DNA of 64,000 nt from a virus: the IMG/VR virus record IMGVR_UViG_3300014627_000002, positions 1 to 64,000 of that record. One strand, given 5' to 3'. The first letter of the stretch is position 1. Each line of letters opens with the position of its first letter. The notes beneath the pieces are model-generated. The model was not told where the DNA came from, ran no database searches, and worked only from the letters and a program-made list of their open reading frames with translations. A program made the position numbers and the translations under genes. Of this stretch, positions 27,750 to 34,880 are shown piece by piece.

Positions 27750-28736
27750 ATGACATACACAACAGAATACTTAGAAAATGAAGCCGGTATACAAAATAAC
27801 GGTGTCACCATACTGAATGATCAAAAAATTGAATTACAAGTTTCTGGCTTGGTCATTGGCCAATTTAAGCGTGGCCGCTTTGACAAACCCATGACAATCA
27901 CAAGTGCAAATGTACGCGGTACTCTTGGCCATGATCCACGCAACCCGTGGTACCAAATTATTGTTGATGCCATAGATTCAGGTGTACCAAGTATTGAAGT
28001 TTTGCGTATACCAGGTAACTACTACAATTATGAAGATGTTGAGCCAGAACCAGAACCAATCTGGCAACCGTGGCAATTTGACCAAGAAATTTCTATTAAC
28101 AGCAATATGGCGAGATATACAGCTTCTAAAACCAACGGTAAGCAATTAGCAAGCAGTTATGCCGAAATAGATTTAATAGCTGCTCTGGTACGCTCATTTT
28201 CTGATATAGATATGCAACAGTGGCAAGCTGTGAAAGATGCAGCAAATCAATTGACAGGTGTGAATGATTGGGTTTTAGATCCGGCGAATAATCGCGTTAA
28301 ATATTATGAAAAAGTAAGTACTGGTAAGTATGGCTGGGTTGAAGTTAATAATGATACTGATCCCAAACACATTTCAGCTACTCTTGCATGTCAATTTTAT
28401 GCTTCTAAACTAAAAAGAACGTACGCTCGAACTTATCAATTTTCTGATCGAAATGCGTTTTGTTATGATGTTAAAAATGATCTTTATGTTCAATTAGCTC
28501 GTACTCTTCAACCCCCGATTGTTGAAGAACAAGAAAGATATTTACCTCTCGATGTTGTAGCGCAAAAAGTCATCTCTAATGCTGAGTCACTGGACCAGGG
28601 TATTTCTCTTTTAGCAGAAACCTATATAGAAACCGTCGCGAAAAGTATTTTTAACAGTGACCAGTCAAAGCAATTTGTGAAACAAGATGATCTGGTATTG
28701 CAATTTGAAGAAAACAAGGTGATTGAAAATTTATAG
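27750..28736 (+). CDS. virion protein with tail-sheath-like N-terminal module (paralogue B, 328 aa)
   Basis: The N-terminal ~90 aa are shared with ORF 773..1309. The C-terminal 240 aa are unrelated to it. Confidence 0.4.
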   Translation: MTYTTEYLENEAGIQNNGVTILNDQKIELQVSGLVIGQFKRGRFDKPMTITSANVRGTLGHDPRNPWYQIIVDAIDSGVPSIEVLRIPGNYYNYEDVEPEPEPIWQPWQFDQEISINSNMARYTASKTNGKQLASSYAEIDLIAALVRSFSDIDMQQWQAVKDAANQLTGVNDWVLDPANNRVKYYEKVSTGKYGWVEVNNDTDPKHISATLACQFYASKLKRTYARTYQFSDRNAFCYDVKNDLYVQLARTLQPPIVEEQERYLPLDVVAQKVISNAESLDQGISLLAETYIETVAKSIFNSDQSKQFVKQDDLVLQFEENKVIENL

Positions 28737-28750
28737 AAACCTAGAAAGAC

Positions 28751-28784
28751 AAAAGCCCTAAATGGCGGTCATTTAGGGCTTTTG
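28751..28784 (+). terminator. rho-independent terminator
   Basis: AAAGCCCTAAAT-ggcggtc-ATTTAGGGCTTTT. Confidence 0.75.
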
Positions 28785-28940
28785 AAGTCTGTATTCAGCG
28801 ATAAATACAAACCTAACAAGACGAGAGAATTTTATCACAGAAAACAAAGATGTAAACGTTATTTTTTGTATGAAGCGACAACAGAAGTCGTACATTTCTA
28901 AAAGAGGTTTTAATATTTCATAGGCTAAAAAAAAACCATT

Positions 28941-28968
28941 CGCATAATCATTATGCATTAATGCATAA
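28941..28968. promoter_or_regulatory. class B operator-like palindromes (locus 2)
   Basis: CGCATAATCATTATGCATTAATGCATAA (GCATAAT-C-ATTATGC). Confidence 0.45.
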
Positions 28969-28974
28969 AAGTAA

Positions 28975-29100
28975 GAAACCTTTATTTCTATTTTAGCTGC
29001 TATTTAATACATGTTATTCAAGTTTTAAATTTAAATTTAAAAAAATAATTGGCTTTTAATATAATAATAGCTTTTGTAGTATTTTAAGTCCGCTGTAACC
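28975..29100. other. A+T-rich segment of plasmid origin (oriV)
   Basis: Long A/T runs (TTTAAATTTAAATTTAAAAAAATAATT...) immediately upstream of the iterons. Confidence 0.5.
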
Positions 29101-29127
29101 CTTGTGCTGCAAAGCTTACAGGATATT

Positions 29128-29201
29128 AAAAGATAGTTTTTCCGAGTTATAAAGATAGTTTTTCCGATGTGGATAACTCATTAAAAGATAGTTTTTCCGA
29201 G
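29128..29201 (+). repeat. oriV iterons (3 direct copies, starts 29128, ~29150, 29183) upstream of rep
   Basis: AAAAGATAGTTTTTCCGAG occurs three times (the middle copy ends CCGAT), spaced 22 and 33 bp. Partial or inverted copies GATAGTTTGTAGA and GACTATCTTT follow at 29208-29231. Confidence 0.85.
29168..29176 (-). promoter_or_regulatory. consensus DnaA box
   Basis: TGTGGATAA is the reverse complement of TTATCCACA; it sits between iterons 2 and 3. Confidence 0.6.
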
Positions 29202-29279
29202 CAGCAGGATAGTTTGTAGATTGACTATCTTTCAAGGTTAATTTATAAAGGATCTAAAAATGAAGTACACCGGATAAAA

Positions 29280-30203
29280 ATGAAAATGCAGAGTCGGCTT
29301 GTAGTTAAAGATAATGCACTGATAGATGCAAGCTTTAACTTAACCCTTATTGAACAGCGTTTAATGCTATTGGCTATTGTTGAAGCCAGGGAACTATCAA
29401 CACTCACCCCATCTATACCCGTAGAAGTCACTGTAAAGAGCTATATTGAACAATATAAAGTAAAAGAGAGCACTGCATACGAAACATTGTTTGATGCGTG
29501 TAAAACGCTAAGACGGCGTGAATTTAGCTATATAGACCGTTATAAGAATAGTGATGCTGTTTCTACTGCAGGTTGGGTGAATAAAGTCACTTATGTAAAG
29601 TCTAAGGGCATAGTGGTTTTATATCTAAGTGAAGAAGTGATCAGCATGATCAGCCGGTTAGAAGAACAATTTACTCGTTACCATTTAGAGCAGGTTTCAG
29701 ATTTTAATAGTAAATATAGCATTCGACTCTATGAAGTGGTTATCAAGTGGTTAGCAGCTGGTAAAACTGGAAAGATTGCTATCAATGATCTACGTGCACG
29801 GCTGGGACTGCAAGATACTGAATATAAAACCATGAGCCTGTTTAAAACTAATGTGCTTGATAAGGCAGTTGATGAAATTAACGCTAAAACAGACGTGCGG
29901 GTAAAGTATGATCAGTATAGATCAGGCCGAACAATTAGCCATTTTTCCTTTACGTTGAAAGAGAAACGTGTAATTAAAACAGTTAAGGATGCTAAACAGT
30001 ATCAGTTTGAATTATCAGCAAAACAGGTTGATTTTTTTGCAAATAAACTTGCTTCTGACCCTAATTTCGGTAGCCAGTATGCAAAAGTTGGGGAAAGCGT
30101 TGAAGACTTTGAGATCCGAGTAAAAGGACAGTTAGCTCAAAAGACCTATTGTGCTAAGTATTCTGAGCATTTAATTCGTTTAGGTTATATCGAAAAAACT
30201 TAA
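29280..30203 (+). CDS. Rep_3-family plasmid replication initiator
   Basis: LVVKDNALIDASFNLTLIEQRLMLLAIVEARE is the typical Rep_3 N-terminal signature; the gene is flanked by iterons. Confidence 0.85.
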   Translation: MKMQSRLVVKDNALIDASFNLTLIEQRLMLLAIVEARELSTLTPSIPVEVTVKSYIEQYKVKESTAYETLFDACKTLRRREFSYIDRYKNSDAVSTAGWVNKVTYVKSKGIVVLYLSEEVISMISRLEEQFTRYHLEQVSDFNSKYSIRLYEVVIKWLAAGKTGKIAINDLRARLGLQDTEYKTMSLFKTNVLDKAVDEINAKTDVRVKYDQYRSGRTISHFSFTLKEKRVIKTVKDAKQYQFELSAKQVDFFANKLASDPNFGSQYAKVGESVEDFEIRVKGQLAQKTYCAKYSEHLIRLGYIEKT

Positions 30204-30250
30204 ATTAATTTTTGGTTAAAAATCTTTTTATATCAAAAAGATTGCTTGGT

Positions 30251-30317
30251 AAAAGATAGTTTTTCCGAGTAAATAAAAGATAGTTTTTCCGAGTGAATAA
30301 AAGATAGTTTTTCCGAG
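30251..30317 (+). repeat. second iteron array (3 tandem 24-bp units) downstream of rep
   Basis: AAAAGATAGTTTTTCCGAG at 30251, 30275 and 30299, identical to the upstream iterons. Confidence 0.85.
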
Positions 30318-30333
30318 TGGATTTAAAGCCGTT

Positions 30334-31023
30334 TTAACTGTCTTTGTTTAGCAGATTTCTATTAAGCACCTGCTTCACTGTTTTTGCATACCAGAGCCCG
30401 CCATGCTTGCTTTTAATAGCCTGTTTATTCAGTGATGATGCTATTTTTCTATATCCAAAACCCTGTTGTTTAAGCTCAAGCATAAGCGTTATGGTCTGTT
30501 GTTCATCCGGGTTCTGCACCAGGTTATCTTCTTCTTTGTCATATCCATACGGCACATGCGAGTACACCTTGTCATTTGCACGTAAATAGTCAATAACCAG
30601 CTTTGTACGCTCAGATATTTGGTCGCGTTCAAACTGGTTGAGTACTGCCAGAATGCTAAATACCATTCTGCCCGTGGCGCCAGTAGTATCAATATTTTCA
30701 GATAGGCTAACCATATCAGCGCCAGTTTTATTGATGTACTCAGCTATTGATAAGGTATCGATAGTATTACGGCTAACCCGGGAAAGGCTATAAAAGACAA
30801 ATACCATGTCTTTCTCTAATGAATTTAAGGCTTCTTTTAATTTTGGCCGGTTAATAACTTTCTTTCCTGAAATCCCTTCATCAATAAAAATCTGGACCAA
30901 TTCATAATTATGAAAATTGGCCCATTGTTTGATTTTTTCAGTTTGTGCTTCTAATGAAAGTCCATCTTGTGCCTGTTTCAGTGTGCTCACACGTACATAG
31001 CCGATAGCTTTTCTCTTAATCAC
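30334..31023 (-). CDS. serine recombinase (resolvase-type, probable multimer resolution)
   Basis: AIGYVRVSTLKQAQDGLSLEAQ is the catalytic-serine motif. The C-terminal PYGY...QQGFGYRKIASSLN is recombinase/HTH-like. 229 aa. Confidence 0.8.
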   Translation of the reverse strand: MIKRKAIGYVRVSTLKQAQDGLSLEAQTEKIKQWANFHNYELVQIFIDEGISGKKVINRPKLKEALNSLEKDMVFVFYSLSRVSRNTIDTLSIAEYINKTGADMVSLSENIDTTGATGRMVFSILAVLNQFERDQISERTKLVIDYLRANDKVYSHVPYGYDKEEDNLVQNPDEQQTITLMLELKQQGFGYRKIASSLNKQAIKSKHGGLWYAKTVKQVLNRNLLNKDS

Positions 31024-31027
31024 GTCC

Positions 31028-31309
31028 TTACTGTCCCTTATATTTCTCTAATCCATCTTTCAAGAACTGGTTAAGCGCTTCTCTACGAGTCTTAAATTTA
31101 CGTGAATTAACTACGAACAGGTCCAGTTCCTGTTTTGTATCTGCATCACAGTCCCAATTCACACGGACCGTTTCTGCACTAGCTGCGGCCTTTTTACTTG
31201 GCGCTGTAGTGTCTTCAGCAGGGCTATCGTTTTGTGCAAACTCTTTAGCTTCTGCAAAACGGTTTTTAGCACCTGGTTTAGCAATTGCCTGGCGTGGTTT
31301 TGTCGTCAT
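31028..31309 (-). CDS. small ParG-like (ribbon-helix-helix) partition/centromere-binding protein
   Basis: 93 aa, immediately downstream of parA. It has a disordered basic N-terminus and an RHH-like C-terminus (VRVNWDCDADTKQELDLFVVNSRKFKTRREALNQFLKDGL). Confidence 0.45.
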   Translation of the reverse strand: MTTKPRQAIAKPGAKNRFAEAKEFAQNDSPAEDTTAPSKKAAASAETVRVNWDCDADTKQELDLFVVNSRKFKTRREALNQFLKDGLEKYKGQ

Positions 31310-31314
31310 GTTTA

Positions 31315-31959
31315 CTACCCTTGTTTAAGTGCCTTTAAAACTTCTTTACCAAAGTCTTGAAACTGTTGTTTAGCTTTCTGGTGATTATGAATCAGTGCAT
31401 GTTTTCCAAGTCCAATGACTTCTTCATAAGCTACATAATTTGAGATCGGGACCGGTATTTCTGGATAACCAAAAGTTTCTAATGCTGCTTCACGTATCTC
31501 GTTAGATTTAGACGTGTTTTTAAACCTATTCCAGACAATACGCAAATTAACTTTTTTGTCTTTAGCTTCTAGTGCCTTAGTAATAAGTTCAGCCATATCA
31601 CTTACTGCCCACAGATCAGGGGAAGTGGCTGCCATAGGAAGTAATACCAGGTCGCTGATATAAAGGATCGCGTTCATGATTTCAGCCATACGCGGCGGTG
31701 AATCAATTACTACATAGTCATACTTGCCTTCAGCAGCTTCAAGAACCTGCATAAGTTCATCAAGATTACGAGCTGTTTCACAGGTCAGTTTTGGATGCTC
31801 AAACATACTGCACCAGGCAGACAATGTACCTTGCGGTAAGTCGGCATCAACTGCCAGAACTGTCTTTTTCTTTTCAAGAAGGAACCCGCATAGATTCGCT
31901 GATAAAGTGGACTTACCGGCCCCACCCTTTAATTGTAAGAATGAAATATATTGTGTCAT
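31315..31959 (-). CDS. parA: ParA/Soj-type partition ATPase
   Basis: Deviant Walker A LQLKGGAGKSTLSANL, and VVIDSPP. The ATG at 31959 has an AGGGAA RBS. The listed start at 31998 is a TTG inside the repeat array. Confidence 0.85.
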   Translation of the reverse strand: MTQYISFLQLKGGAGKSTLSANLCGFLLEKKKTVLAVDADLPQGTLSAWCSMFEHPKLTCETARNLDELMQVLEAAEGKYDYVVIDSPPRMAEIMNAILYISDLVLLPMAATSPDLWAVSDMAELITKALEAKDKKVNLRIVWNRFKNTSKSNEIREAALETFGYPEIPVPISNYVAYEEVIGLGKHALIHNHQKAKQQFQDFGKEVLKALKQG

Positions 31960-31967
31960 GGGTTCCC

Positions 31968-32025
31968 TGTTTATTTGTTTAAATGAAAAAATGTTCAAAT
32001 GAACTAAAATTCATTTGAACATTTT
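31968..32025. promoter_or_regulatory. TGAACA-repeat array (class A, locus 4): candidate par operator/centromere
   Basis: TGTTTATTTGTTTAAATGAAAAAATGTTCAAATGAACTAAAATTCATTTGAACATTTT. It contains the perfect inverted repeat ATGTTCAAATGAA-N6-TTCATTTGAACAT (31991-32022). Confidence 0.6.
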
Positions 32026-32058
32026 AGGTGAAAAAAAACGAAATTACAAATTAGGAAA

Positions 32059-32961
32059 TTATATCTTCAAGAACTCCGTAAATTCTTTATAAATTTGAGT
32101 AAGTTGAGCGTGTGTTAAGGTTTCAAATGAAAGATTACGATTCTTCAAAACATCACTCAAACGGTTATTATGCGGTCTCATAAATTCATCGACTTTATTT
32201 TTAAAGCTGAGTGAAGCTAAGCGATTTTCTGATTGTGGCGGCGGTGCATTATGCTGATTGTTCTGTACTTCATTTTCATAATGATCTTGACCATTATCAT
32301 GAGTTGTTTCAGTTGGAATAGAAAATGACTGCAGGTAAAGATACTTTTGAGCCATTGAAGCCGCTTTTGATGTAGCTTTATCGCCACTATCATTAGCTTC
32401 ACCAGTAAACATGCATTCAATTCTGGACCCATCTTCAGCTGAGAAAAAAATGAATCGAATTGAAAGGCAGGTTTTAAAAATAATATCACCATACTTGTTC
32501 TGGTATTTACTCACTGTCATTTGCTCAGTATGTGGAATACAAACAAGTTTATGCTCAGCCATAAGTGGCGAAATTACGTTATAAAGATCATCAATACTGC
32601 GATAGCTAAAGTCATATTTTTTATCATTGCTATTTGACTTTTTAGTACCGTTAGTAGAATTAGTACTCTTAGTAGGATTGGTACTACGGGATTTGCTTAC
32701 TCCACCCATTTCAATAATTTTTTGCTGTATTGCATTAAGTGCAGTTAACACAGCAAAACCCTTTTCAAAAAAGAACTTCGGCGCTTCTGCACTTACCAGT
32801 TTAACCATTTCCACAGCTTCATTTGCATTCAATGTAACTGGCTGAGTTTGATTGTTCTTAGCCTGACTATTTATGGCCGGTTGACTTGATGCCTGTTTTT
32901 TTGGAGCTGGAGCATATTGCTGGTCGCTAAATGGATCTGGATATTGGTTATAAGCATTCAT
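32059..32961 (-). CDS. Erf-like single-strand annealing protein
   Basis: LTALNAIQQKI...KKYDFSYRSIDDLYNVISPLMAEHKL...GEANDSGDKATSKAASMAQKYLYLQSF fits the ERF-family pattern. The N-terminus is Q/N/S-rich. Confidence 0.55.
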   Translation of the reverse strand: MNAYNQYPDPFSDQQYAPAPKKQASSQPAINSQAKNNQTQPVTLNANEAVEMVKLVSAEAPKFFFEKGFAVLTALNAIQQKIIEMGGVSKSRSTNPTKSTNSTNGTKKSNSNDKKYDFSYRSIDDLYNVISPLMAEHKLVCIPHTEQMTVSKYQNKYGDIIFKTCLSIRFIFFSAEDGSRIECMFTGEANDSGDKATSKAASMAQKYLYLQSFSIPTETTHDNGQDHYENEVQNNQHNAPPPQSENRLASLSFKNKVDEFMRPHNNRLSDVLKNRNLSFETLTHAQLTQIYKEFTEFLKI

Positions 32962-32975
32962 TATTTTTGATCTCC

Positions 32976-33344
32976 TTATTCAACATCACTTGGAAGTCTT
33001 TTTTCTAAAAAAGCTTGATGCTGTTCAAGCACCATGTCTTGTGCATCGGCTTCAATATCAATGGCACGGCCAACAAGCATAAATAGAACAACAAAAGTCG
33101 CGATGCCTAATGGCACCAGTGCATAACGGCCAAGCCGTTCTAGTTGTTCTTTAGTAGGGATAACCTGACGGACTAAACACAATGAGTAAACCAAAGCATA
33201 TAGCAGCACTATGGCTAAATAAGTTTGAATGTTTTGCGCCCAACGTTTTAAGGCATCACGGCTTGGAGCCGTTTGAATAAAAGCATTCACAAGATTTGCA
33301 CGAATGGTATTAAGTCTTAATTTTTCGTTAGTTAAAGTTTTCAT
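32976..33344 (-). CDS. hypothetical two-TM membrane protein
   Basis: Hydrophobic segments YLAIVLLYALVYSLCLV and LVPLGIATFVVLFMLV; first gene of the leftward operon. Confidence 0.55.
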   Translation of the reverse strand: MKTLTNEKLRLNTIRANLVNAFIQTAPSRDALKRWAQNIQTYLAIVLLYALVYSLCLVRQVIPTKEQLERLGRYALVPLGIATFVVLFMLVGRAIDIEADAQDMVLEQHQAFLEKRLPSDVE

Positions 33345-33376
33345 AACAACCGCCTATATTTTGTCTTGTAACAACA

Positions 33377-33414
33377 TTATGCGCAAACGCATAAAAATAT
33401 GCAATAGCGCATAA
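33377..33414. promoter_or_regulatory. class B operator-like palindromes (locus 3)
   Basis: TTATGCG-CAAA-CGCATAA (33377-33394), then ATATGCAATAGCGCATAA. Confidence 0.6.
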
Positions 33415-33454
33415 AATATTTTATATAAGCTGGTTTATAAGAATAATTCGCATT

Positions 33455-33486
33455 AAAAAAGGACGGTTAAAAAACCGTCCTTTTTT
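33455..33486. terminator. bidirectional rho-independent terminator
   Basis: AAAAAA-GGACGGTT-aaaa-AACCGTCC-TTTTTT. Confidence 0.8.
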
Positions 33487-33509
33487 GTAAATTTATGTAC
33501 TTTGCTTTA

Positions 33510-34295
33510 TCAATACTTATTCGTAACGAATAGAACACGCCCTAAAATCTGGAAAGTTGGGTCATTTTCAGTATTGACAGTGTATTCAGGAAAATTTTCC
33601 TGTTTGGCTCTTACTCGAATGCTGCCATCAGGTTCAAGAAATAAAGTACGCACATATTTATTTTTACCATGCTTAATTACAAAGTAATCACCATTGGTAC
33701 TCGGTGTAACTTCTTCCTCCTTCAAGTTAAAAGTGACAGCTGCGCCGGGTGTAATTTCGGGTGCATTTGCACGATCTTCAGAATAGACAAATCGTAGATC
33801 GTTATGTGAAATATTATCGCTTACTAGCTGAGCCGCTATCATAATTGTTGAATCTCTACCCGCGTTTTTATCTTTGAGTGCATTAGGATTATTCGCATCC
33901 TCATACATGCGCACAAGAATAAAATTTTCGTCAGATATGCGCAAGGTATTATCTTGAACTTTTACAATAATGTCTTGCTGTTCAAGTCCTGCAAGCCACT
34001 CACTATTTAATCCGAGGGCTTTTGCGATATTGGGAATGAAGCGGGATTTCTTGGTTTTCCCCATAATGATACGGCTAATTGTGGCTTGTTCTACATCGGC
34101 TAATTTTGCTAATTCATCCTGCGTAAGCCCCGATTCATCAAGGGCAAGTTCTAATCTGACTGAGGACAATGGACGATCCGTATTGAGTTGCCCAAACCCC
34201 TTTTTAACATAGTCAATAGTCTTGTCATCTTTAATATTTATTCGAGATGACAGAGAAGCCTCATCAACCGGATTCGGCTGTACGTTAATATCCAT
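33510..34295 (-). CDS. cI-like prophage repressor (XRE HTH + LexA/S24-like C-terminal fold)
   Basis: HTH: LTQDELAKLADVEQATISRIIMGKT. The C-terminal GDYFVIKHGKNKYVRTLFLEPDGSIRVRAKQENFPEY...ILGRVLFV parallels the lambda cI C-domain. The gene is divergent from a Cro-like gene. Confidence 0.75.
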   Translation of the reverse strand: MDINVQPNPVDEASLSSRINIKDDKTIDYVKKGFGQLNTDRPLSSVRLELALDESGLTQDELAKLADVEQATISRIIMGKTKKSRFIPNIAKALGLNSEWLAGLEQQDIIVKVQDNTLRISDENFILVRMYEDANNPNALKDKNAGRDSTIMIAAQLVSDNISHNDLRFVYSEDRANAPEITPGAAVTFNLKEEEVTPSTNGDYFVIKHGKNKYVRTLFLEPDGSIRVRAKQENFPEYTVNTENDPTFQILGRVLFVTNKY

Positions 34296-34357
34296 TCTTA
34301 TTTAAACCTCAAAAACCCATACGCAAAAGATTAAAAGCCATGTCATTTCAGGCTTTC

Positions 34358-34473
34358 TTTCATAATTATGCAATAAAAAAATGAAAGTTCAATTAAGCCA
34401 AGAACTACGTCAAGCATCAAAGTGCTTGCTAAAATATTCGCTTGCGCATAATATTTATGCTAATGAGCATAAT
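34358..34473. promoter_or_regulatory. immunity switch region with class B operators
   Basis: CATAATTATGCA (34361-), GCGCATAATATTTATGC (34444-34460) and ATGAGCATAAT lie between the divergent cI-like and Cro-like genes. There is also a CAAGCA-N6-TGCTTG hairpin (34411-34428). Confidence 0.6.
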
Positions 34474-34508
34474 TTAATGATAAGTTAATGTTTTTAGATA
34501 GAGGAAAT

Positions 34509-34814
34509 ATGCGAAAGCGAATTTATGAAATTATTCCGGACATTGGAAAGGCAAAAGTTGATGCCTTCTGTGCCGCTTATAATATTTACTTTAGAAATCA
34601 AAAAGATGCAGGCGATATTTTAAAAGTTGGTCAAGCCACTATTAGCCGGTACTTAGAGGGATCTATTTTGGTACCGATGGAGGTCGCCGTGCGATTTGAA
34701 AAACACACGAATGGCTTGGTCAGTACAGACTCAATTTTCTTTGATTACAAAGAATACAAATATGATTTAAAGCAAAAGGAGAGAGAAATACAAAACCACA
34801 AGAAAAGCGCTTAA
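34509..34814 (+). CDS. Cro/CII-like HTH regulator
   Basis: LKVGQATISRYLEG is HTH-like. The ATG at 34509 has a GAGGAA RBS. First rightward gene opposite the repressor. Confidence 0.5.
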   Translation: MRKRIYEIIPDIGKAKVDAFCAAYNIYFRNQKDAGDILKVGQATISRYLEGSILVPMEVAVRFEKHTNGLVSTDSIFFDYKEYKYDLKQKEREIQNHKKSA

Positions 34815-34880
34815 CAAGATTACCTGTTAAGTACAGGTTGCAACACAAGAAACAAGACAGTTACACAGCGGAAATACAAC

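Noticed and set aside
28773-28958. 61-aa minus-strand ORF between the 27750 gene terminator and oriV
   Set aside because: It overlaps the terminator and operator-like palindromes, has no RBS, and lies in AT-rich origin-proximal DNA.
29128-30317. Iteron arrays (and the TGAACA arrays elsewhere) considered as possible CRISPR arrays
   Set aside because: The repeats are 19-24 bp. They are contiguous or spaced 22-33 bp apart, with no unique ~30-bp spacers, only three copies each, and no cas genes. They flank a Rep_3 gene, so they are iterons.
30334-31023. Serine recombinase considered as the prophage integrase or as a tail-fibre invertase (Cin/Gin-like)
   Set aside because: At 229 aa it is too short for a large serine integrase. 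It sits in the rep-par block rather than next to tail-fibre genes, and no inverted crossover sites were seen around the fibre region in the window. Multimer resolution is the simplest role.
31960-31998. N-terminal extensions of parA (TTG at 31998) and of the fis-like gene (ATG at 40174), both giving ...FKQIN... peptides
   Set aside because: The shared peptide is just the class A DNA repeat translated. parA has a proper ATG plus RBS at 31959. For the fis-like gene the issue remains open, so the listed coordinates were kept with a note.
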